Shown here piece after piece: positions 9,082 through 19,547 of a stretch of 49,778 nt of DNA. A program made the position numbers and the translations under genes. The notes below the pieces were generated by a model. That model had not been told where the DNA came from. It saw only the letters and a list, made by a program, of their open reading frames with translations, and ran no database searches. Source of the DNA: Ignavibacteria bacterium (GTDB lineage Bacteria; Elusimicrobiota; Endomicrobiia; PHAN01); contig JBGFRZ010000036.1 in the NCBI GenBank assembly GCA_041694835.1, positions 1 through 49,778 on the forward strand, read 5' to 3'. Position 1 is the stretch's first letter. Each line of letters starts with the position of its first letter.

Positions 9082-10180
9082 ACCCACATGGGTTGAAATC
9101 AACAGTTCTTCTCTCATAAAAAATATCAATTCGATAAAACTTGTTTTATCCCGCCGCTCAAAGATACTTGCCGTCGTAAAAGCCAACGCCTACGGGCACG
9201 ATTCGCTCTTCGTGTCAAGAACGCTCAATGACCGGGTTTATGGTTTTGGCGTGGCAACGATTGAGGAAGGCATAATTTTAAGAGAAGGCGGAGTAAAAAA
9301 ACCCATAGTTATACTCGGCACACTCTGGCCTTTCGAAAATTTCAAAGTCGCCGCCTCGTATAATCTAATTCCAACCATCTCAAGTATCTGGGGCGTTCAC
9401 TCTCTGGAAAAAACTTCGAAGAATATCGGGAAAAACATCCCATTTTATCTGGAAGTTGACACCGGTATGGGACGCATAGGAGTAAAATGGGATAACGTCA
9501 AAGAAATACTTGGCGTCATAAAAAAAGCGAAAACAATAAAATGCGAGTGCATCTATTCCCACTTCTCGTCAGCCGACTCCCATGTCTCATATTCACGTCA
9601 GCAAATGAAAAGATTTTCTTTCGTTAGAAAAACCGCCAAAGATATGGAAATGAAGCCCTCTTTTTCTATGGCGAACTCCGCCGGTTTGTTTAGATTTGGC
9701 GACAGCCATCTTGACATAGTGAGGCCGGGCATATCGATCTACGGCCTCTCGCCGTTTTCCGTCGGTGAAAAAACGATAAAACTTTTTCCGGCGCTGTCAT
9801 GGAAAACCAGGATAGTCTTTTTGAAAAAGGTTTCAGCGAACTCTCCCATAAGTTATTCAAGGAGATTCATAACGAAAACACCGTCGATGATAGCGACTTT
9901 GCCTGTCGGATACGCAGACGGCTACAGAGTTGCCCTGACCAATAACTCAAGGGTTCTGATAAGGGGAAAGTTCGCACCCGTCGTAGGAAGGGTAACCATG
10001 GATATGATAATGGTCGATGTCACAAAAGTAAAGGAGGTGAACGTCGGCGACGAGGTTGTGCTTATAGGAACTCAAGGCGCAAATAAGATAGCGGCGGAAG
10101 AACTCGCCGAGCGGCTTTCGACGATAAATTACGAGATAACTTGCGGAATTTCATACAGGGTGCCGCGTGTTTTAGTGTAG
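9068..10180 (+). CDS. alr: Alanine racemase
   Basis: RPTWVEI, AVVKANAYGH (PLP lysine), DTGMGRIG, GYADG, GRVTMD, TINYE. Confidence 0.95.
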   Translation: MPNYRPTWVEINSSSLIKNINSIKLVLSRRSKILAVVKANAYGHDSLFVSRTLNDRVYGFGVATIEEGIILREGGVKKPIVILGTLWPFENFKVAASYNLIPTISSIWGVHSLEKTSKNIGKNIPFYLEVDTGMGRIGVKWDNVKEILGVIKKAKTIKCECIYSHFSSADSHVSYSRQQMKRFSFVRKTAKDMEMKPSFSMANSAGLFRFGDSHLDIVRPGISIYGLSPFSVGEKTIKLFPALSWKTRIVFLKKVSANSPISYSRRFITKTPSMIATLPVGYADGYRVALTNNSRVLIRGKFAPVVGRVTMDMIMVDVTKVKEVNVGDEVVLIGTQGANKIAAEELAERLSTINYEITCGISYRVPRVLV

Positions 10181-10410
10181 ATAGTAGATAGTAAGTAGTA
10201 GATAGGGAACGACGAATAGCGGATAGTGAATAGAGGTCAGCGGTGAGAGATGAGGGATGAGAGGCGAGAGGTCAGAGGTGAGGGACGAGGGGTCAAGAGT
10301 TGAGAGTTTAGAGTTGAGAGTTGAGAGTGTAGAGATGTCTGGTAGTGTCTCTAAACTAAGCTCTCTAAACTTGTTCTCTGTTCTCTGACCTCTGTCCTCC
10401 GTCCTCTGAC
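10178..10410. repeat. Long degenerate heptamer tract
   Basis: TAGATAG, GAGAGGT, GAGAGTT units, then CTCTGTT/CTCTGAC/CTCTAAA complementary units. Confidence 0.8.
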
Positions 10411-10456
10411 TTGCGCTCTTGTGCACTTATGTGCAAACCAATCTTTGCAACTGCAT

Positions 10457-11236
10457 ATGTTAAATAAGATAGGAAGAAAAACTTACGAATTTGTAAGAAG
10501 CATAGGGGAGATAAGCTCTATAGTGATAAGGACATTCTCTTTCATTTTTTCCGGGTTTGTCAACAGGAAAAACGCGGTAGAGCAGATGGTCGAGGTCGGA
10601 GCGAGGTCGTTTCCAGTAATAGGGTTGACTTCGATATTTACGGGCATGGTCCTTGCGCTCCAGACCGGGGCCTCTTCAAGAAACATATTCAACGAACCTC
10701 TTTATATAGGAACGGTCGTAGGCTTTTCGATTGTAAAAGAGCTGGGTCCGGTTTTGACCGCCGTCGTAATATCGGGACGCGTCGGGGCTGCCATAGCCGC
10801 TGAGCTGGGAACGATGAAGGTTACCGAACAGCTTGATGCTCTTTACACACTCGGGACCAATCCCGTCAAATATCTCGCGGTGCCGAGGTTTATAGCGAAT
10901 CTTACGATGATACCTCTACTTACGATGCTCGCAAATGCCATAGGCATAATCGGGGGTCTTTTGGTAACCGCTTACAAATGGGGTGTTCCCTCAACGGTAT
11001 ATTGGGACGACATATTCAACTATATGAAAATAGAAGACCTTATGCATGGCCTCGTCAAGTCGGTTTTTTTTGCTCTGATAATCGTTACGATTTCCTGCTA
11101 TAAGGGTTTTACATGCGAAGGAGGTGCCGAAGGCGTCGGAAAGGCCACGACGAGCGCCGTTATGATTTCGATGGTTTTAATACTTGTTTCCGATTATTTT
11201 TTAACAGTGTTTTTGGTTGCCATAGGGATTGGATAA
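10457..11236 (+). CDS. mlaE: MlaE-family ABC permease
   Basis: ELGPVLTAVVISGRVGAAIAAELGTMKVTEQLDAL; GGAEGVGKATT. Confidence 0.92.
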   Translation: MLNKIGRKTYEFVRSIGEISSIVIRTFSFIFSGFVNRKNAVEQMVEVGARSFPVIGLTSIFTGMVLALQTGASSRNIFNEPLYIGTVVGFSIVKELGPVLTAVVISGRVGAAIAAELGTMKVTEQLDALYTLGTNPVKYLAVPRFIANLTMIPLLTMLANAIGIIGGLLVTAYKWGVPSTVYWDDIFNYMKIEDLMHGLVKSVFFALIIVTISCYKGFTCEGGAEGVGKATTSAVMISMVLILVSDYFLTVFLVAIGIG

Positions 11237-11273
11237 TAATTAAACTCTGTCGACATGCAAGGCGTTGTCGATT

Positions 11274-12023
11274 ATGATAAAACTTTCGAACGTACAGAAA
11301 TTTTTCGGGAAGAACCATGTATTGAGGGGTACGGATATTGAGATATACGACGGAGAAACGATAACGGTCATAGGTGCGTCCGGTTCCGGCAAGAGTGTAA
11401 TGCTTAAATGCATCGTGGGGCTTCTAAAGCCCGAAAGCGGAGAGATTTACATCGATGAGAGGGAAGTCACAAAACTTGAAGACGAGCAACTATGGGATAT
11501 CCAAAAGAGATTTGGATTTCTTTTCCAGGGCGCGGCACTATTCGATTCGCTGACGGTAGCCGAGAACATATCTTTCGGCATGAGAAACCTTACGAAAGTT
11601 TCGGAGGATGATATCACGGATAGGGTAAAGTGGTGCCTGAAACACGTAGGTTTGAAAGAAATCGAAAATCTTAAACCCAGCGAACTCTCTGGCGGTATGA
11701 AAAAAAGGGTGGGACTTGCAAGAGCGATAGCGACCGAGCCACGGTATATACTTTATGACGAACCTACGACCGGGCTTGATCCGATAAAAGCCGACTTGAT
11801 TACCGATTTGATATTGCATTTGCAGAAGGAACTGAAAGTTACATCAATCGTTGTTACCCACGACATGGTCGCGGCGTATAAGGTTTCAAATAGAATTGCC
11901 ATGCTTTACGACGGAAAAATAGTTGAAATAGGCTCTCCGTCAGATATTCAGAACACGAAAAACCCGATAGTCAGGCAGTTTATAGAAGGAAAAACTGAAG
12001 AAAAAATCACATACAATGATTGA
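11274..12023 (+). CDS. mlaF: MlaF-family ABC ATPase
   Basis: GASGSGKS, FQGAALFDSL, LSGGMKKRVGLARA, YDEPTTGLDP. Confidence 0.92.
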   Translation: MIKLSNVQKFFGKNHVLRGTDIEIYDGETITVIGASGSGKSVMLKCIVGLLKPESGEIYIDEREVTKLEDEQLWDIQKRFGFLFQGAALFDSLTVAENISFGMRNLTKVSEDDITDRVKWCLKHVGLKEIENLKPSELSGGMKKRVGLARAIATEPRYILYDEPTTGLDPIKADLITDLILHLQKELKVTSIVVTHDMVAAYKVSNRIAMLYDGKIVEIGSPSDIQNTKNPIVRQFIEGKTEEKITYND

Positions 12024-12042
12024 CAATTAAACAGGGGCATCT

Positions 12043-13389
12043 ATGACAAAGGAAACGAAACTCGGGCTGTTTGTTATTGTTGCCGCGGGATTTTTTGCTA
12101 TCGCGATAATGCTTCTTGGCGATATCACGATTGAGAGAGGATATCAAATATATATTCTCTTTTCTGACATCGCTGGCCTTCCTTCAAAAGCGCAGGTGAG
12201 GATAGCGGGTGTCAATATTGGCAAGGTCAGGGCGGTAACCCTTGAAGGCGACAAAGCGAAACTGAGGGTTTGGATTAAGCGGCAGGTTAAACTTCACAAA
12301 GACACTCAGGCGAAAATCATAGCGACAGGTATCATCGGCTCTAAATACCTTGAGCTCTCCCCGGGCAGTCCGGAAGAGCCACTTTTGAAAAGTGGCGATA
12401 TCATAAGAGGCGTTGACCCTATTTCGATGGACAAGATGTTAACGAGCGCTCTTGAAAGTATCCAGTCGCTTACGGATTCATTCAAGGTCGAAGACGGCAG
12501 GAATCTGGGCGAACAACTTACCTCCATCGCCGCCAACCTGAATGACATAACCTCAACTCTAAGAAAGGCCATCGCGCTTCAGGAGCAGAAAGTCATCGAC
12601 ATTGTTTCAAATGTGAACTCTTTGACGCAAAAAACAGACAGACTTGTCGGGAACCTTGATGACATAATAGCCGATGGAAAGACCGACTTAAAAAAGACTA
12701 TATCCAGCATAAAAAACATTTCGGAAAAACTCGACGATATTATATCAACCATAAACGCCGGCGAAGGTGTGGCAGGAAAACTACTCAAGGACAAGGAGAT
12801 GGGTGACGAGCTTAAACAGAGCGTAAGCGATCTACAAGAAACGACGAAAGAAGCGAGAAGGATAGTAAAAAGATTGACGGCCATAGACACCCACTGGGAC
12901 GCGACTTTGAGGTACGACATAAAGCACAATCTCTACAGACCGGATGTCGGCATAAGGGTGTCTCCGACGAAAGATAAATACTACTACTTCGGCGGAAGGA
13001 ATCTCGGGAGAAAGAGGGATGTGTATGACCCCGAAGCCAGAAACAACATAGATTTTCATGTTGCAAGGACGAAACCATATGGAAGCATCTATGCCGGCAT
13101 CATAAAAAGCGCGGGCGGAATAGGCATAACCGCCAGGCCATTCTGGAAAAGTCCTGTTTTAGGCAAATTCGAAATTAAGCTTGAGGGACACGATTTCTTC
13201 AGGAAAACACCTGTAGGCGCTCCGAAGTTTGACATCGGTGGAAAGATAAATGTTTTCAAGTTCGTAAATGTTGGTGCTAATGTGGAAGACATAGCCCATG
13301 AAAACAATTCGCACGTTTATTTCAATCTATTTATGAAAGACGAGGATATCGGATATCTTCTGGGATTGGTCGGCCTTGCGAGACCATAG
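12043..13389 (+). CDS. mlaD: MCE/MlaD-family protein with helical region and C-terminal beta-rich extension
   Basis: ETKLGLFV TM; GLPSKAQVRIAGVNIGKV; GIIGSKYLELSPG; coiled coil; follows mlaEF. Confidence 0.85.
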   Translation: MTKETKLGLFVIVAAGFFAIAIMLLGDITIERGYQIYILFSDIAGLPSKAQVRIAGVNIGKVRAVTLEGDKAKLRVWIKRQVKLHKDTQAKIIATGIIGSKYLELSPGSPEEPLLKSGDIIRGVDPISMDKMLTSALESIQSLTDSFKVEDGRNLGEQLTSIAANLNDITSTLRKAIALQEQKVIDIVSNVNSLTQKTDRLVGNLDDIIADGKTDLKKTISSIKNISEKLDDIISTINAGEGVAGKLLKDKEMGDELKQSVSDLQETTKEARRIVKRLTAIDTHWDATLRYDIKHNLYRPDVGIRVSPTKDKYYYFGGRNLGRKRDVYDPEARNNIDFHVARTKPYGSIYAGIIKSAGGIGITARPFWKSPVLGKFEIKLEGHDFFRKTPVGAPKFDIGGKINVFKFVNVGANVEDIAHENNSHVYFNLFMKDEDIGYLLGLVGLARP

Positions 13390-13393
13390 AATA

Positions 13394-13510
13394 CTAGGAC
13401 ACTAGATAGTGGATAGGGAAAAACGGGAAGCGTGAAGCGGAAAACGAGTAGTGAATGGCAAATAGCGAATAGCGAATAGCAAATAGTGGATGGCGGCTCG
13501 TGGCTGGTGA
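13394..13510. repeat. Degenerate heptamer tract
   Basis: AATAGCG AATAGCG AATAGCA AATAGTG and GAAGCGT GAAGCGG units. Confidence 0.7.
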
Positions 13511-13554
13511 TATTGTTAATTGTATGACCGTTTCAACTGGACGGTGTTCTAAAG

Positions 13555-14925
13555 ATGACGATGAAAGCAAAAACGATTTTCAGATGTCAGGAATGCGGAT
13601 TCTCCTCGGGCAAATGGCTCGGAAAATGCCCCGACTGCGGCACCTGGAACACATTTTCCGAGGAAAAACAGATAGAAAAATCTGACAAAGCCAGAAGGAC
13701 TCTTACCGATTTTACCGGTGACGCCTCGCCTTTGGACGAGATATCGTCGGAGAATTTTTCTCGCACAGCGACGGAAATAAGCGAGTTCGACAGAATTCTT
13801 GGCGGTGGCGTTGTCGCTGGAAGTTTGGTTCTGCTTGGAGGTCCGCCGGGGATAGGAAAGTCCACCATAATGCTTCAAGTCTCAAAAGCGCTTGCGTCCA
13901 ATGGAAAATCTCTTTTGTACATATCCGGCGAGGAGTCCATGGGACAGATAAAAAACCGCGCCGACCGCCTTAACATAAAGAGTAAAAATCTTTATCTCCT
14001 ATCAGAGACGAATCTCGAAAACATAATAGAGGCGATAAACAAAATAAAACCGGGATATGTCGTCCTTGACTCGATCCAGACCACCTATCGTTCCGATATC
14101 GCCGGCGCACCTGGAACGGTTTCACAGGTCAGGGAGTGCAGCGCCGAGCTTTTGAAGCTCGCAAAATCAAGAGGTGTGTCGGTTTTTATACTCGGCCATG
14201 TCACGAAAGAAGGGGATCTCGCCGGGCCGCGGGTTCTTGAGCACATAGTCGACACAGTTTTATATTTTGAGTCGGAAAAACAGCAGGTTTACAGAATCCT
14301 CAGAGTCAACAAAAACCGCTTCGGCCCGACTTCCGAGATAGGCGTATTCGAGATGAAATCTGATGGACTCAAAGAAGTGAAAAATCCGTCAAGTTTGTTT
14401 TTGAGCGAGCAGATGTCTGGCATTGCGGGCTCTGCGATTTCTCCGACGATAGAGGGAACCAGGCCGATACTCGTCGAAATTCAGTCGCTGGTCACAAAAG
14501 CGAACTTCGGAGTTCCCCGTCGACAGGCGAACGGCATAGATTACAACAGGATGGTTTTGCTGATAGCGGTACTTGAGAGACGTCTCGGGTTTCATCTGGA
14601 GTTTCAGGACGTCTATGTGAATGTTGTTGGCGGCATTAAGATAAAAGAAACCGCCGTTGATCTCGCCACCGCTGCAGCTGTTGCGGGCGCTTATTCAAAC
14701 TTTGTTATACCCGAAAAGCTCATCATAATAGGCGAGGTTGGACTTTCGGGAGAAATAAGGGCGGTGGGACAGATTGATGAACGTCTTAAGGAATCGGAAA
14801 ACCTCGGATTTAAAAAAGCGGTTATTCCGAAAAATAATACTAAGGCTCTGAATTACAAAGGAAAAATGGAGATTTTACCCGTAATTTCTCTGCAGGAAGC
14901 CGTCGGTATACTCAAAGGCAAATGA
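13555..14925 (+). CDS. radA: DNA repair protein RadA/Sms
   Basis: CQECG...CPDC zinc finger, GGPPGIGKST, KNRFG motif, Lon-like C-terminus. Confidence 0.97.
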   Translation: MTMKAKTIFRCQECGFSSGKWLGKCPDCGTWNTFSEEKQIEKSDKARRTLTDFTGDASPLDEISSENFSRTATEISEFDRILGGGVVAGSLVLLGGPPGIGKSTIMLQVSKALASNGKSLLYISGEESMGQIKNRADRLNIKSKNLYLLSETNLENIIEAINKIKPGYVVLDSIQTTYRSDIAGAPGTVSQVRECSAELLKLAKSRGVSVFILGHVTKEGDLAGPRVLEHIVDTVLYFESEKQQVYRILRVNKNRFGPTSEIGVFEMKSDGLKEVKNPSSLFLSEQMSGIAGSAISPTIEGTRPILVEIQSLVTKANFGVPRRQANGIDYNRMVLLIAVLERRLGFHLEFQDVYVNVVGGIKIKETAVDLATAAAVAGAYSNFVIPEKLIIIGEVGLSGEIRAVGQIDERLKESENLGFKKAVIPKNNTKALNYKGKMEILPVISLQEAVGILKGK

Positions 14926-15002
14926 ACTAATGCGGTGTCCCATAAATCTCCCGAGTCAGTAAAAATTGTTAAAAAGCCTTTTATCGGGGATTCAAATGTA
15001 AA

Positions 15003-15106
15003 CCCCGCACCATGCCTTTAGAGGCGTGGCTTTGGGGAATAACCCTGCGGGAAAACCGTTCCCCTTCATCCCCATCTTTACAGACGGGGCTTTCTGTGGT
15101 GCGGGG
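15003..15106. mobile_element. 104-bp element, TIR CCCCGCACCA, TAAA target duplication
   Basis: CCCCGCACCA 15003-15012 / TGGTGCGGGG 15097-15106; TAAA at 14999-15002 and 15107-15110. Confidence 0.75.
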
Positions 15107-15190
15107 TAAAGAACTGTTAGGGACACTAACAAGGCACAAGTACACAATCTATAAGAGTAGAAGTTTTGACTTATGCGCTAACATCTGGAG

Positions 15191-16357
15191 ATGACTATGA
15201 TAAGTTTTTCTACATTCGGCGAGTCTCACGGAAAAGCGGTTGGAGTTGTCATCGAGGGCATTCCCGCGGGATTGAAGGTTAAAAGTGAGGAGATAGATTT
15301 AGAGCTTTCGCGCAGGCAAAAGGGATATGGGCGCGGCGAAAGGATGGCTATAGAGTATGACCGCTCGCAGATAATCTCTGGTGTTCGATGGGGCGAAACG
15401 ATAGGCGCTCCGCTGTGTCTATTGATCAAAAACAACGACTGGAAAAACAATGTCTCAACGTTATCGTCGGAAGAAAAATATAAAGCTCAAAAACTTTTCA
15501 TCACAAGTCCAAGGCCCGGTCATGCCGACTTGTCCGGGATATTAAAATATGACAGGGATGATATAACCGACGTGCTTGAAAGGTCATCTGCCAGAGAAAC
15601 AGCCGCAAGGGTGGCCGCCGGAGCTTTGTTTAAGAATTTGCTTTATGAATTTGGAATAAAAATTTATTCGTGGGTTGATGAGATAGGGGGAATTGTCGCG
15701 CCTTTAATCGCAAAAGAACCTGTAAAAATTTTTGCGCTCGCCGAAAAATCGCCGTTGAGGGTTTTTGACAGGAAAACTGAAGAATGGATGATAAAAAAAA
15801 TAACTCATGCCAGAAAATCGGGCGACACCCTCGGAGGAGCGTTTACGGTTGTGGCCGTCGATGTCCCGGTTGGACTTGGAAGCTATTCAAACTGGGAATC
15901 GCGGCTCGGTGGAAAAATCGCGGGCGCCATGATGTCGATACAGGCGATAAAAGGCATTGAAATAGGTCTTGGTTTCAAGGCTTCGTCATTGCACGGCTCC
16001 GATGTTCATGACGAGATATTTTACAATTCAAAAAAAGGATATTATAGAAAAACGAACAACGCCGGTGGCATTGAAGGCGGAATCTCAAATGGTGAGGATA
16101 TAGTCGTAAGATGTGCTATGAAACCAATTCCCACTCTTATGAGTCCCTTGAAAACCGTTGACATAAAGACAAAAAAGCAGGTCGCAGCTGCGGCAATAAG
16201 AAGCGACGTTTGCGCCGTTCCGTCAGCGTCGGTTGTCGGCGAATCCATGTTAGCTTATGTCATCGCTGCGGCGGCAAAGGAAAAGTTCGGCGGCGATTCA
16301 ATGAACGAGATGAGAGCGAACTTCAAAAATTACAAAAAATATCTTGAGGGCAGATAA
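15191..16357 (+). CDS. aroC: Chorismate synthase
   Basis: TFGESHG, RRQKGYGRG, PRPGHAD, RSSARETAARVAAG, GGIEGGISNG, RSDVCAVP. Confidence 0.97.
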   Translation: MTMISFSTFGESHGKAVGVVIEGIPAGLKVKSEEIDLELSRRQKGYGRGERMAIEYDRSQIISGVRWGETIGAPLCLLIKNNDWKNNVSTLSSEEKYKAQKLFITSPRPGHADLSGILKYDRDDITDVLERSSARETAARVAAGALFKNLLYEFGIKIYSWVDEIGGIVAPLIAKEPVKIFALAEKSPLRVFDRKTEEWMIKKITHARKSGDTLGGAFTVVAVDVPVGLGSYSNWESRLGGKIAGAMMSIQAIKGIEIGLGFKASSLHGSDVHDEIFYNSKKGYYRKTNNAGGIEGGISNGEDIVVRCAMKPIPTLMSPLKTVDIKTKKQVAAAAIRSDVCAVPSASVVGESMLAYVIAAAAKEKFGGDSMNEMRANFKNYKKYLEGR

Positions 16358-16362
16358 TTATT

Positions 16363-16881
16363 GTGAACATAGTTTTAACCGGATTTATGGGAACAGGAAA
16401 AACTGAGGTCGGAAAAAAACTAGCCGAAAAAATTGGCTACGATTTCATTGACACCGACGAATTAATCGAAAAAAAAACGTTGATGAAAATATCGGATATT
16501 TTTGAGAACTTCGGCGAGACTTATTTCAGAAAGATAGAAAGCGCTCTGGTGGATGAAGTGTCAAGACTCGACAGAAAAGTCATCTCCACCGGCGGCGGCG
16601 TAGTGCTGAAAAAAGAAAATATGAACGTTCTTTCAAAAAACGGCGCAATAATAAATCTATCGGCTTTGGCTGAAACAATTTACTCGCGCCTCAAAGGTAA
16701 AAATGATAGGCCTCTTCTCATAAAAGCGGACGTTCCTGGAGAGATAAAGAAGCTTCTTGAAATCAGAAAAGAATACTATGATAGATGTGATTTATCGCTA
16801 GCGACCGACAATCTTTCAGTGGATGAAACGGTCCAAAAAATACTGGAATATTTGAAACAGGTGATACCGGATATCGCATGA
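16363..16881 (+). CDS. aroK: Shikimate kinase
   Basis: NIVLTGFMGTGKT, GETYFR, STGGG, RPLL. Confidence 0.95.
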   Translation: MNIVLTGFMGTGKTEVGKKLAEKIGYDFIDTDELIEKKTLMKISDIFENFGETYFRKIESALVDEVSRLDRKVISTGGGVVLKKENMNVLSKNGAIINLSALAETIYSRLKGKNDRPLLIKADVPGEIKKLLEIRKEYYDRCDLSLATDNLSVDETVQKILEYLKQVIPDIA

Positions 16882-17933
16882 AAAAAATAATCATAAACCT
16901 TAAACAAAAAAAAATCCCCGTTATTATTGGCAAGCCTTTGAGCAAGTTTGGCAAGTTTTTCGGGGAGTTCCTTCCGTCCAAGAAAGCGTTTATCTTAACA
17001 AACCCCGCCGTTAAAAAAATCTATGGAGAAAAAATCGCAAAGACACTCCGTCTCAGGAAAGTGGAGGTAATATGGCAGGCTCTCCCTGCCGGCGAAGAAG
17101 CAAAAAACTTAAAGACGGCGGAGAGGATTTACAAAAAATGCATAACATCAAATATGGACAGAACCTCGACGATAATAGCTCTTGGCGGCGGTGTAGTTGG
17201 GGATATCGCCGGCTTCGTTGCTTCAACGATATTCCGAGGCATAAGGTATGTCCAGATACCTACAACGCTTCTTAGTATGGTGGATTCATCTGTAGGTGGG
17301 AAAACGGGGGTCGATTTACCAGAAGGTAAAAACCTTGTCGGGGCGTTCTGGCAGCCGGAGTTTATATATGTTACAACCGATTTCTTGAAAACGCTTCCTC
17401 AAAGAGAGCTCTTGAGCGGTCTGGCCGAGGTTATAAAATACGGAGTTATTTCCAATAAGAATTTGTTTGCGTATCTTGAAAAAGCAAATCCGAAAAGACT
17501 CGACTGGAACTACATAATAGAAAGCTCGATAAAGACGAAGGGCGTTGTCGTTGAGAAAGATGAAAGAGAAGAAGTCGGAATAAGGGAGATACTTAACTTC
17601 GGCCACACCTTCGGCCATGCCATTGAGGCAATCACAAAATATAAAAAATACACTCACGGCGAAGCCGTCGCAATCGGAATGATTTACGAATGTGCAGTTG
17701 CCGAGAAATTTGCCGGATTCAACGAGACCTACAGGGTACGAAATCTGCTCTCGGCATACGGTTTGCCGTCGGCGGAAAGCGGTTTTTACATTAATCCCTC
17801 CGAATTTCTCAAAGCGATTTCGCTCGACAAGAAAGTCAAGGGCAAAAACATCAGGCTCGTCCTTCCTTCAAAAATCGGTAAGCCAATTTATTTGAACCTA
17901 CCTCTGGAAGTGCTCTGTGCCATAAATAGTTGA
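16878..17933 (+). CDS. aroB: 3-dehydroquinate synthase
   Basis: ALGGGVVGDIAGF, PTTLLSMVDSSVGGKTG, LNFGHTFGHAIE, HGEAVAIG. Confidence 0.97.
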   Translation: MKKIIINLKQKKIPVIIGKPLSKFGKFFGEFLPSKKAFILTNPAVKKIYGEKIAKTLRLRKVEVIWQALPAGEEAKNLKTAERIYKKCITSNMDRTSTIIALGGGVVGDIAGFVASTIFRGIRYVQIPTTLLSMVDSSVGGKTGVDLPEGKNLVGAFWQPEFIYVTTDFLKTLPQRELLSGLAEVIKYGVISNKNLFAYLEKANPKRLDWNYIIESSIKTKGVVVEKDEREEVGIREILNFGHTFGHAIEAITKYKKYTHGEAVAIGMIYECAVAEKFAGFNETYRVRNLLSAYGLPSAESGFYINPSEFLKAISLDKKVKGKNIRLVLPSKIGKPIYLNLPLEVLCAINS

Positions 17934-18020
17934 GCGTTTTGGTTAGTCAGATTTGTGGGAAAAGGGACGGTTCTATTTTTCTTTCAACGAACAATTGGTG
18001 TCTGTCCCCGAATATCATGG

Positions 18021-19250
18021 CTACCGCATCAAATTTTTCTGCGCCTTAATGCGCCTGCCTTTCGCCCTGACAGCTAAAGCCAATACTCCGCCGATTAAGC
18101 ACAAAAGTGACGAAATAATAAATGCTAAAAAATATTCTTTAGTCAAGTCGTGGACTCTGCCGAAAAAAATCGGTCCGAGAAACCCACCGAGACCGTAACT
18201 GGAGAATAAAAGTCCATAATTTCCGCCGAGATACTTCGTGCCGAACATATCTGCCGCTATCGCCGGATACAAAACCATACAAGTGCCAAAACTAACTCCG
18301 AACAGGGCGCAAAGTATATATAGAAGAGCGAGTTTGTCTGCGTAAAAGTGTAGTGAGAACGAAACTGTCGCCATTAAAAAAAGCGCTCCGGCGAGAGCGG
18401 AAGTCCGTCCTATTTTATCGGAAAGTCCGCCTATAAGAATGCGCCCGATACCGTTGAAAATCGCTATAATACTCAAACAAAAAGCCGCGGCCATCGGGTC
18501 AACCCCTTTTTCTGTTGCATAACTTACTATATGCCCCATAAGTCCGAGCCCGACGGTAAGTGCGAAAAACCATACCGCCCATGCCATCCAAAATATTGAT
18601 GTCCTTAAAGTTGCCATGCCGTCAGTCTCCATCAGCGATTCTCTTGTCGGTGTTTTTGAGATGACATCTTTCAGCCACTCTTCGGGCGGATTTTTAATAA
18701 ATTTTGAAGCGATAAATGTAACGGCTGTAAATACTGCCCCGAAAGCGATAAATGAAGTTCTCCAGCCAAAATCAGTTATGATTTTTCTTACCATAGGGGA
18801 GAGAAAGAAAGCCCCTGCCCCAAAGCCGAACACCACGAAACCGCCCATAAGACCTTTTTTGTGAGGGAACCATTTGACGACCGTCGCCATCGGCGTGACA
18901 TAAGCAAAACCCGTGCCGATTCCGCCTACTATGCCGTAGATGCAGCAGAGATAAATCAATGAATTTGCAAAGCCGCTCAATAAGTAAGAAACCCCGAATA
19001 AAACAGCACCGATTGAACAAATCATGCCGGGGCCGTATTTATCCTGCAGCCGCCCACCGAGAATCATTCCGACGGTATATGAGAGAAGAAAGACGGAAAA
19101 CGGCAGAGATGCCCGAGCTTTGCTCCAGCCGAATTCAGTCATCAATGGCTCTAAATATATTCCCCAGACATACGCCGCTCCGAGCATCAACATAATTATG
19201 ACACCCGATATTACGATTCTAAACGGTTTGTCCGATGCTGTTTTTTCCAT
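18021..19250 (-). CDS. MFS transporter, OFA (oxalate:formate antiporter)-like family
   Basis: About 12 TM helices; GRLQDKYGP, KWFPHKKGL...GFGAG, NGIGRILIGGLSDKIGR, FGTKYLGGNYG. Confidence 0.85.
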   Translation of the reverse strand: MEKTASDKPFRIVISGVIIMLMLGAAYVWGIYLEPLMTEFGWSKARASLPFSVFLLSYTVGMILGGRLQDKYGPGMICSIGAVLFGVSYLLSGFANSLIYLCCIYGIVGGIGTGFAYVTPMATVVKWFPHKKGLMGGFVVFGFGAGAFFLSPMVRKIITDFGWRTSFIAFGAVFTAVTFIASKFIKNPPEEWLKDVISKTPTRESLMETDGMATLRTSIFWMAWAVWFFALTVGLGLMGHIVSYATEKGVDPMAAAFCLSIIAIFNGIGRILIGGLSDKIGRTSALAGALFLMATVSFSLHFYADKLALLYILCALFGVSFGTCMVLYPAIAADMFGTKYLGGNYGLLFSSYGLGGFLGPIFFGRVHDLTKEYFLAFIISSLLCLIGGVLALAVRAKGRRIKAQKNLMR

Positions 19251-19440
19251 AGCCGTTTAACCTCCTTTTAAATTGCAAAAGTCTTTCTACAGAACACACA
19301 ACAAAAAGGTGAAAAAGTGAAAAAATGGAGTAGAGCAGTAGCACATTAGTGTTTTTGAAACTGATGCTCCGCTGTTCTACCACTTTGTTGGTCTGTCACT
19401 TCAATATGTGGTAAGGTTTTAGCAAAGCGTCGATAGTTTC

Positions 19441-19470
19441 ATTATAGCATAAAAATATTTTCGTTAACAA
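19441..19470 (-). promoter_or_regulatory. Extended -10 promoter for the MFS gene
   Basis: Minus strand TTGTTA-N18-TATAAT with TGn extension (TGCTATAAT). Confidence 0.55.
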
Positions 19471-19547
19471 AACGCGAATTTGTTTTCGGGTTTTATTTTT
19501 TGTATAATTAACTGCAAAGCGTAAGGATTTCCACAATGATGCGGATT

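Noticed and set aside
5931-10426. ORFs 5931-6209, 6192-6419 and 10172-10426 with PLSS/LSTL repeats
   Set aside because: They are translations of the heptamer tracts or overlap real genes
17955-18012. GGGACGGTTCT...GGTGTCTGTCCCC between convergent aroB and the MFS gene
   Set aside because: Resembles a REP-like remnant but is single-copy here with a weak stem
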